Sequence record: NC_071015.1
Length of the DNA: 64,000 nucleotides
Reading direction: 5' to 3' (one strand)
A model generated the notes under the pieces. It was not told where the DNA came from. It saw only the letters and a list, made by a program, of their open reading frames with translations, and ran no database searches. How positions within the stretch are numbered: position 1 is the first letter of the stretch; each line of letters opens with the position of its first letter. Positions 57,714 to 64,000 of this stretch are shown piece after piece. The position numbers and the translations under genes are program-made.

Positions 57714-58136
57714 TTATTCGCCGCTGGACAGGTTACCAGGGAAGTAGTCAGCAACGATACGACCTGCGGTCATACCGACGAAGGCAGTCAGCGCACCGTT
57801 ACATGCGGCCAGGCCAGTTGTCTGTGGGGCAATGTCCAGAACCTTATGGGTTACCATAAGAGTACCGGTACAAGCGATAGCGGCTGCTGTTGCAGAAGCT
57901 ACAGAGCCGGTCGGAGATGCAACTTCCAGACCTACTGCAATGCTTGCGCCGATCAGACCGCCGATCAGGTTTTTGTTATCCTGATGCCACACACCGGTTT
58001 TCTCACGTTTCAGAGCGCTCATGATGACGTCGTTCAGAATTGTGTCTGCACCTGATTCAACCGCTGCTTCGAATACTGCTTTCTTAACGTCTTCTGAAGT
58101 TGGCGCTTTGTTCATTTCGTTGTTTACGTTTTCCAT
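57714..58136 (-). CDS. Putative membrane protein (Gly/Ala-rich helices)
   Basis: 140 aa; LIGGLIGASIAVG and AFVGMTAG segments; SD AGAGGA. Confidence 0.6.
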   Translation of the reverse strand: MENVNNEMNKAPTSEDVKKAVFEAAVESGADTILNDVIMSALKREKTGVWHQDNKNLIGGLIGASIAVGLEVASPTGSVASATAAAIACTGTLMVTHKVLDIAPQTTGLAACNGALTAFVGMTAGRIVADYFPGNLSSGE

Positions 58137-58190
58137 ATTTATATCCTCTAAAGTGAAATTAAGTTTAAACTGTTTAGGTTTATCACTTTA

Positions 58191-58208
58191 GTAATATAGG
58201 CCTGAAAA
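58191..58208 (-). promoter_or_regulatory. Candidate early (vRNAP) promoter
   Basis: TTTTCAGG-CC-TATATTAC contains the phiKZ early-promoter hexamer TATTAC. Confidence 0.65.
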
Positions 58209-58218
58209 CTTTTTCAAC

Positions 58219-58803
58219 TTAAAAGCGACTGGTTTTACCCAGCATGAAATGATTACGACACACCGACACATAGGTGTCGTTACCGCCTACCTGAACCTGA
58301 TTCCCTTCGCGGACTACATATCCATCATCATCAACTCGGAGAACCATCGTGGCTGCACAACCGCACCAACAGATCGTTTTGAGTTGAATGAGTTTATTAG
58401 CAAGCTCGAATAACGCTGCAGATCCTGGGAACAGTTTCCCTTGGAAGTCAGTGCGTAATCCGTAAGCGATAACGGGGATTTCCAAATAGTCCACCACCAT
58501 GGCTAATTGTTTCACCTGTTCTGCCGTCATGAATTGAGCTTCGTCAATAAAGACCGCGCTCGGCTTAACAGGGTCACGATGTTTAACCACGTAAGTGTAC
58601 AGGTCTTCACCCGGGCCAAAAGTGACACACTCAACTTCACTGCCTGTTCTGGAACGAATAACAGATCTGCCTTCTCGAGTATCAATTGCAGGCTTAAGAA
58701 CAAGGGTTCGCATCCCACGCTCTTTATAGTTATAATTGGACTGGATTAGTGCAGCAGATTTACCTGCATTCATGGTACTGTAATAGAAGTGCAAAGATGC
58801 CAT
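58219..58803 (-). CDS. tdk: Thymidine kinase
   Basis: YYSTMNAGKS Walker A, FIDEAQF, YGLRTDFQG, Zn motifs CWCG and YVSVCR. Confidence 0.95.
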   Translation of the reverse strand: MASLHFYYSTMNAGKSAALIQSNYNYKERGMRTLVLKPAIDTREGRSVIRSRTGSEVECVTFGPGEDLYTYVVKHRDPVKPSAVFIDEAQFMTAEQVKQLAMVVDYLEIPVIAYGLRTDFQGKLFPGSAALFELANKLIQLKTICWCGCAATMVLRVDDDGYVVREGNQVQVGGNDTYVSVCRNHFMLGKTSRF

Positions 58804-58818
58804 ACGGTCCTCAACGAG

Positions 58819-59094
58819 TTAAGAGACTAGATTCCAGATGTACTGTCCTGGAACACCAATCAAAATAAGCACATGGATAAAAGGTCTATCAAAAAGATCC
58901 TTCTTGATTTCAAAAATTATTTCACCGGTCCTGGCAACGATAAGACCCATGCTAAAGTATGCGAATATGTAATACCCCTGAGCGAGAGCAAAACTCAGTA
59001 CACCGATCATAAAGATTGTCGCAAGTAAGTTATCACAACCGAAAAACTTCTTACGGCCTTCACCTTTCGCTGCTGCCAACCTTTTAATGATCAT
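58819..59094 (-). CDS. Small membrane protein
   Basis: 91 aa; 2-3 hydrophobic segments. Confidence 0.5.
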   Translation of the reverse strand: MIIKRLAAAKGEGRKKFFGCDNLLATIFMIGVLSFALAQGYYIFAYFSMGLIVARTGEIIFEIKKDLFDRPFIHVLILIGVPGQYIWNLVS

Positions 59095-59108
59095 GATCGA
59101 CTCCTATG

Positions 59109-59375
59109 TCAACCGGAGGTCCCACCCTCCACTGTACTATCAGCTGCATACTGTTCCTCGATTTGTAAACAAAAGTTTTCAACAACATCACAATCGAGAT
59201 CAGGGCTGACCTCCCTTGCATGATACGTTATCAGATTCCCTTCTACCCTATATAAATGAAGGAGTTGACCTTCATGGAAGCACACGTACAGAATCTGGGA
59301 TAATCTTACCATTATCCGAAACAGATCACCGTTCAAGTGCCTCTCTAGCTTTTGTTTAATCGATGAGAGTGTCAT
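59109..59375 (-). CDS. Hypothetical protein
   Basis: 88-aa ORF. Confidence 0.45.
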   Translation of the reverse strand: MTLSSIKQKLERHLNGDLFRIMVRLSQILYVCFHEGQLLHLYRVEGNLITYHAREVSPDLDCDVVENFCLQIEEQYAADSTVEGGTSG

Positions 59376-59401
59376 AACGAAAAAAATATAATTGAGGATA
59401 C

Positions 59402-59429
59402 CTGAGCTAGGGAGTTACCCCTAGCTCAG
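59402..59429 (-). terminator. Hairpin terminator after chaperonin
   Basis: CTGAGCTAGGG...CCCTAGCTCAG, 11-bp stem; displaced U-tract. Confidence 0.7.
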
Positions 59430-59435
59430 TATCAG

Positions 59436-60998
59436 TTAACTGTAACTCTGATTAGAACGACCCATTACGTTATTAATCTTACTTAGGGTTTTGGCTGTTT
59501 GCCATCCCCCACGCAGCGCAATCATTGTCGCTGCAGCATTATCAAAAACAGTGGTCGGTTTCTCAGAGATTTCACCAGTGACCAAATCGACATATTTGCC
59601 GTAATCACTATCGCCCGGACGGATGCCCGTTAAATGTTCATACTGCAGACGTAACAATTCGATCAGCTGTTGACGTAACTTTTCAAGCTCCTCATCAGAT
59701 TGTGCCGGTTGTTCTGCCAGGTGGTCAGCCGCCTTCATATAACCGTAACCGATACCCGGAATCACGCCATATTGCAGGCCTGTCTTCGCCGCTTTCATTA
59801 CGTCTTCGTAACGGTAATAGCGTTCGTTCATGTCAGAGGTGGTAACACCCGTTACACGAATGATAACGTTATTGGCACGCAGACGAGAAAGACGACGGAA
59901 GAGTTCACGTCCCACCACTTGCTGACGTTCCACAATGCTCATTGCATCATAACGTGCATCCAACCCTTCCAGGATCTTATCGGCAGCTTCTGCCACGATA
60001 GAATCTTCTTTACTGATTGCGATGCCGTTAACACGCAGTGTAACCATGGACTTCAGCTGAATCAGATCCGGAGCTTGTGATTGACGAATGTCAAAGACAG
60101 TACGACCACCCAAGATGTTAGCCAGATCGTTGAAGATGTTGGTACCCAGCGATCCGCCCGCCTGAAGTTTATACGGCAGGAAGGCGACCCGATTAACGTT
60201 ATGGTTATACTGACCCAGTACGTTGATGGCGTTCTGCTCAAAGTTACGAGCAATGATCACAACCAGCTTATCCGGATACGAATTCGCCATCATCGACAGA
60301 GTTTCATCATCGATAGTGGCAATGTTGGCATCGATTAACAGGAAGACTGCATTTGCCGGGGTGCAACCCAGACCACGGTTGTTGGATGGCACAAACGCAT
60401 CTGCACCGAATTGACCTTCAAAGAAGATGTCTTTGGTCAAGACCACTTCGTCTTCTTTCAGTGCCGGAACACGTTGAAGAATGACGTTCGGATTCTGGTA
60501 ATCACGATAGATGCTCAGAATCTGATTGACGATCTCTTCTTCATAGTTCGAAGAGGTCATCAGCATACGACGAAACTCTTCTGACTTAATGTCACCGGGA
60601 ATGATCAGGGATCCCAGATAGTCAATCACTTCATTGATCTGTTCATCCAGGAAACGGATTTCTTTAAAGCCCGCTTTATCCTTGAAGGCATTAAAGAGTT
60701 GGAACATTTGGAAGATGGTAGTGGTTGTTCCATCACCCACTTCTACGTCAGTTTTGATGGCCGGCTCGGTAATGATCCTTGCGATCATGTTACGGCGGGC
60801 TTCGTTGAAGTCCAACGCCTTTGCAACTGACACGCCGTCTTTGGTTACCTTCGGACGGTTGTTTTCGTTGATGCATGCATAACGGCCATTAGGACCCATG
60901 GTTGAGCACACCGACTCGAATGCATTGAGTGCCACTTCTTCAACGATCGCACGTGTATCTTCAGCATTGGTGAAAGTGGTTTCAGTTAAAACGGACAT
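59436..60998 (-). CDS. groEL: Phage GroEL-like chaperonin
   Basis: STMGPNGR, VTKDGVSVAK, VGDGTTT, RYEDVMKAAK (D398 equivalent), VIPGIG; no GGM tail. Confidence 0.9.
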   Translation of the reverse strand: MSVLTETTFTNAEDTRAIVEEVALNAFESVCSTMGPNGRYACINENNRPKVTKDGVSVAKALDFNEARRNMIARIITEPAIKTDVEVGDGTTTTIFQMFQLFNAFKDKAGFKEIRFLDEQINEVIDYLGSLIIPGDIKSEEFRRMLMTSSNYEEEIVNQILSIYRDYQNPNVILQRVPALKEDEVVLTKDIFFEGQFGADAFVPSNNRGLGCTPANAVFLLIDANIATIDDETLSMMANSYPDKLVVIIARNFEQNAINVLGQYNHNVNRVAFLPYKLQAGGSLGTNIFNDLANILGGRTVFDIRQSQAPDLIQLKSMVTLRVNGIAISKEDSIVAEAADKILEGLDARYDAMSIVERQQVVGRELFRRLSRLRANNVIIRVTGVTTSDMNERYYRYEDVMKAAKTGLQYGVIPGIGYGYMKAADHLAEQPAQSDEELEKLRQQLIELLRLQYEHLTGIRPGDSDYGKYVDLVTGEISEKPTTVFDNAAATMIALRGGWQTAKTLSKINNVMGRSNQSYS

Positions 60999-61033
60999 CT
61001 TCTATTCCTTATTTAAAACATCTAAGTGGGTTA

Positions 61034-61342
61034 TCAATTACTGATCTTTTCCATTCGGTCAGTAAAATCTTCTTTACTGCGATGGAAGAGTTGTTTGGAG
61101 TCAACGTCCATGTAAACATAACGTGGATAATGGCTCATGCCCCAAACCGCAATATCCTTTTCATACACCAGTTCATCGGTAGACAGTTGATAAACTTTTA
61201 TCGACTCCATTTTGGAGAGTCCGGCACCAATGGTATTGCCAAGACGGCGGGCATTGAGCGGGATCATATCTACCGGTTTAGCGACACCTAACAGTTCGTA
61301 AGTGCCACCTTTACCAATGCAAGTATAACGTTCTTGGGACAT
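61034..61342 (-). CDS. DUF1653-like small beta-barrel protein
   Basis: RYTCIGKGGTYELLGVA...YVY...LFHRSKEDF. Confidence 0.55.
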   Translation of the reverse strand: MSQERYTCIGKGGTYELLGVAKPVDMIPLNARRLGNTIGAGLSKMESIKVYQLSTDELVYEKDIAVWGMSHYPRYVYMDVDSKQLFHRSKEDFTDRMEKISN

Positions 61343-61357
61343 GAGAATTACCTCGTG

Positions 61358-62089
61358 TTAAGCGACGATTTCCAGGACCGGGGGTTCACCACCCACAACC
61401 GGAAGAGTGGCAAGATCGCCGCGTCGGTGAATGGTAACGTCGATAACTTTATTACCGTCGCGTGTTTTAATGAGGAAACGACCATCACGATAGTCTTCCA
61501 GGATCAGCCCATCGACCATGCCATTTGTTCCGATGTTTAAACAATCGAACCCGTACATGATGTTGTCGTAGCTGTAGTACTTTTTGAACTCTTTCTTGCT
61601 CAGACCGATTTTCTGACGTGCGACGTCGACAAATTTCTCCTGCATTACTTCCACGTAACTTCTCTGGTTTTCTACCTCTTCCTGAGACATCCCGCTGATG
61701 CGGATCATCCCATAATGGTAAGTAAACACCGAGTGGGGATACGCCAGCCGGATAAAATCAGATTGGTGTGGGAACAGCGCAGAGGTAGACGCGTTATACA
61801 GTTCAGAAATGATCGTCACCGGCACATCCAGTGCGTTCAGGCGATCAACCAGCTGCATGGCAAGTCCTGGAGTACCACCGTCACTGGTAAGATAGAAAAG
61901 GATAGGGACCTTTTTAATGCGGGTCAACATGTTAAAGATCGGAGTGATCTCTTTCATGTTGAAATCGCCCCGGAAGATAATCTCTTCATATTCAGGACGA
62001 GCCGGAGGAGTGACTACCGTAGCTTCTTGAGTTACGGCCGGGGAGGTGTCTTCTGCATCGGGTAAACTTGCTGCTACTGCTTCAGTCAT
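61358..62089 (-). CDS. clpP: ClpP-like serine protease
   Basis: Start moved to MTEAV (SD GGAG); LFYLTSDGG, catalytic Ser in NAST, His in FTYH, Asp in YDNIM; GMVD. Confidence 0.75.
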   Translation of the reverse strand: MTEAVAASLPDAEDTSPAVTQEATVVTPPARPEYEEIIFRGDFNMKEITPIFNMLTRIKKVPILFYLTSDGGTPGLAMQLVDRLNALDVPVTIISELYNASTSALFPHQSDFIRLAYPHSVFTYHYGMIRISGMSQEEVENQRSYVEVMQEKFVDVARQKIGLSKKEFKKYYSYDNIMYGFDCLNIGTNGMVDGLILEDYRDGRFLIKTRDGNKVIDVTIHRRGDLATLPVVGGEPPVLEIVA

Positions 62090-62127
62090 TATTATCTCCA
62101 GGTTAAAAATGTCACTGTTCATACATA

Positions 62128-62138
62128 GTAATAATATC
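62128..62138 (-). promoter_or_regulatory. Candidate early promoter for clpP-groEL operon
   Basis: Minus strand GATATTATTAC contains TATTAC. Confidence 0.55.
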
Positions 62139-62168
62139 GGTCCATAAAAAAATAATGATACAAAAACA

Positions 62169-62195
62169 GAGAGTGAGGGGAATCCCCTCACTCTC
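62169..62195 (-). terminator. Hairpin terminator
   Basis: GAGAGTGAGGGG-AAT-CCCCTCACTCTC, 12-bp stem. Confidence 0.75.
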
Positions 62196-62196
62196 A

Positions 62197-62448
62197 TTAT
62201 CTTTTAATTTCACGATAGAGGGCAACCACAATAAACGCTATCAACCAGAACGGCCAGAGCAGATGTACCGTTACCCGTTTAATCCAGTCCCCGTTCATAG
62301 ACCAGTGAATGTGTTCTTTTAACATATCACCGATGAACAAATAAACACTGGCAAAGAACAAGTACGGTGAAATATGCCAAAGCCAAACGCTCGCACCGAC
62401 AAGCATGATAATAATGATCATCTTTAAGATACTGAATGAATGGGTCAT
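62197..62448 (-). CDS. Small membrane protein
   Basis: 83 aa; hydrophobic; LLWPFW motif. Confidence 0.55.
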   Translation of the reverse strand: MTHSFSILKMIIIIMLVGASVWLWHISPYLFFASVYLFIGDMLKEHIHWSMNGDWIKRVTVHLLWPFWLIAFIVVALYREIKR

Positions 62449-62461
62449 ACAAACTCCTTAT

Positions 62462-62489
62462 AGAGGAGAAGGTATTACCCCTCTCCTCT
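62462..62489 (-). terminator. Intergenic hairpin
   Basis: AGAGGAGAAGG...CCCCTCTCCTCT. Confidence 0.5.
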
Positions 62490-62496
62490 CAGTCAG

Positions 62497-62781
62497 TTAT
62501 TTACGTTTTCTGAAAGTACGCTTCGAAGGTTTAGACACAGTAACGACTTTCTTCGTCACCGGTTCTTTTGGAAGGGTTGCTAAAAGACGTGCAATATCTT
62601 CCGGGATCAAACGATTAGTACCCGTTGCGATAAAACGCTGACCTAACCGTAATCCGTCAGAAGGAACTTCAAGCACCACCTTACTTCCGCAGAGGGACGC
62701 TTTACCGTGCCCCATTTTGGTAATAAAGAAACGCTCATCCTTCTTTATGTTGGTAATATGTTCAGCCGGGATCAGGAACAT
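62497..62781 (-). CDS. Hypothetical basic protein
   Basis: 94 aa; TAATG overlap with DHFR; K/R-rich tail. Confidence 0.55.
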   Translation of the reverse strand: MFLIPAEHITNIKKDERFFITKMGHGKASLCGSKVVLEVPSDGLRLGQRFIATGTNRLIPEDIARLLATLPKEPVTKKVVTVSKPSKRTFRKRK

Positions 62782-63500
62782 TATTTATCTTCCTTTAACG
62801 AGCGAACTGTTTCAGCAACCCAACCCACTGCCGGCTTGTGTCCATGACTGATCTGAATGAATTCAGAGTCAGGCAGTTTGGCAGCCTCTTCAGTACCGTC
62901 CCAAATCTCAAATTTAGGCTGAAGGCAGCTCAGGGCATCACGGTAAACCAGATCCCATTTATCCAGGTTGAGATGAACGAAAGCATCCGCCTCAAACTCA
63001 CCTTTAAAGGTGGTGAGATAAATGCGTGATGTACGCGGCATCATGGATTCATACATCTTCGCCCCACCGATAACCATCACTTCCCCGCCACGATGGTGGT
63101 GACCTATTGTGGTTTCAAGATACTTAATCGCATCTTCCAGCCCGGTAGTTACCGTACCGTGAATCGGTTCGCGTTGCCCTTTCTCGGTTTTATAGTAACT
63201 GTCAGCCCATTTCGCAAAGTCATCTTGGACTTCTTTATGATGTTCCTTCGTCACGATGACGTTATACCGACCCGGAAGCGGCTTACGCCCGATACTCACC
63301 CAGGTATTGTAGCCCATGATAATAATCTTGCCTTTGGTCTTTTCACGAAACCATTGCATATCAGATTTATTATCCACCCCTACCTCTTTCCAAGGCAAGC
63401 TGTTGCGCAGTCCCATACCGCCGCGATCATCTACTGCCATGATCATGGAGTAAGACAGCGGAGAAACGAAACTATGAATCTTAGTAAAGAAATTGTTCAT
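62781..63500 (-). CDS. folA: Dihydrofolate reductase
   Basis: AVDDRGGMGLRNSLPW, DMQWFREKT, IMGYNTW, KPLPGRYNVIVT, VIGGAKMY. Confidence 0.95.
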   Translation of the reverse strand: MNNFFTKIHSFVSPLSYSMIMAVDDRGGMGLRNSLPWKEVGVDNKSDMQWFREKTKGKIIIMGYNTWVSIGRKPLPGRYNVIVTKEHHKEVQDDFAKWADSYYKTEKGQREPIHGTVTTGLEDAIKYLETTIGHHHRGGEVMVIGGAKMYESMMPRTSRIYLTTFKGEFEADAFVHLNLDKWDLVYRDALSCLQPKFEIWDGTEEAAKLPDSEFIQISHGHKPAVGWVAETVRSLKEDK

Positions 63501-63512
63501 GATGGTTCCTTC

Positions 63513-63998
63513 TTAAATGGATTTGGCCATGTACATCATGGTAGACTCATAGCCAAGTTCTTTGTAAAACTCTACTGCCGGAATGTTATTCGGGAGAACA
63601 GCAAAGTACGTTGATTTACAGCCTAACCCTTTGGCGACCTTCTCGACCTTAGCCATGAGAAGAGTGCCGTAACCTTTGTGGCGATACGTTTCGGCGATGT
63701 TAACAAATCCAAGCACACCAATCCGCACATTACCAATAACCATAGCCCGCAAAATTGTTGTCCCAATCAAATCTCCGTTCTCAATGTCAGTTGCGAGAAT
63801 CAAAATAGAATCACCTTGAATATAATCAGTTAATTTTTCAAGGGGTTTTTGTGATGAGTTTTTGTCGAACTCAAATTGTTTTAAAGACTGTTCGTATGCA
63901 ATCAGCCCTTCAAATTCGGCAAGTACTTTTAGCGCAAGTGGATCAGGGATATTTTTTAATTCGGCGCGCTTATAAATGGTGTACTCTGGAATTCCACC
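63513..63998 (-). CDS. GNAT-family acetyltransferase (5' end beyond window)
   Basis: Motif A YRHKGYGTLL; NIPAVEFYKELGY. The frame stays open upstream of the track's TTG to the window edge (GGIPEYTIYKRAELKNIPD...). Confidence 0.8.
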   Translation of the reverse strand, partial: GGIPEYTIYKRAELKNIPDPLALKVLAEFEGLIAYEQSLKQFEFDKNSSQKPLEKLTDYIQGDSILILATDIENGDLIGTTILRAMVIGNVRIGVLGFVNIAETYRHKGYGTLLMAKVEKVAKGLGCKSTYFAVLPNNIPAVEFYKELGYESTMMYMAKSI

Positions 63999-64000
63999 TT

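Noticed and set aside
61034-61342. GroES, because it is about 100 aa and directly upstream of groEL
   Set aside because: No PLxDRV or mobile-loop GGIxL motifs; it matches the DUF1653-type pattern instead.
1-64000. Genome-wide TAG reassignment (code 15)
   Set aside because: All long genes are intact under code 11. TAG stops at 11434 and 34844 are followed only by short non-coding frames. Only 13651 has a plausible in-frame extension.
1-64000. CRISPR array, tRNA or rRNA genes
   Set aside because: Intergenic gaps are short and explained by promoters, terminators or small ORFs; I saw no regularly spaced repeats or cloverleaf. tRNAscan-SE would be the formal test.

Overview
This window is a gene-dense 64-kb segment of a phiKZ-like jumbo myophage genome. 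Gene order and a phage GroEL suggest the EL/OBP-like branch, but this rests on remembered synteny, not a search. It holds: tail sheath and tube; a minus-strand accessory block (4.3-17.3 kb) rich in paralog pairs and exported proteins; a tightly coupled operon running virion-RNAP beta' > beta > modular endolysin > head proteins > prohead protease; a 2422-aa tape-measure/lysin with a GH19 domain; a third vRNAP piece (beta C-terminal); UvsX; an SNF2-type helicase; two internal-head-protein paralogs; an RNase H-like protein; thymidine kinase; a ClpP-like/DUF1653/GroEL operon; DHFR; and a GNAT cut by the window edge. I saw no tRNA, CRISPR array, intron, intein or transposase. The most interesting items are: (1) an unannotated ribbon-helix-helix ORF with no ATG, in frame behind an amber codon, ending an operon whose promoter is bracketed by a 10-bp inverted repeat; (2) apparently catalytically dead copies of the prohead protease and of RNase H; (3) a triad of exported disulfide paralogs; (4) a proteostasis operon; (5) a family of unusual terminator hairpins. 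All protein calls come from motif reading by eye and need HMM or structure confirmation. Where a Shine-Dalgarno pointed to an internal start, I adjusted the start from the ORF track.
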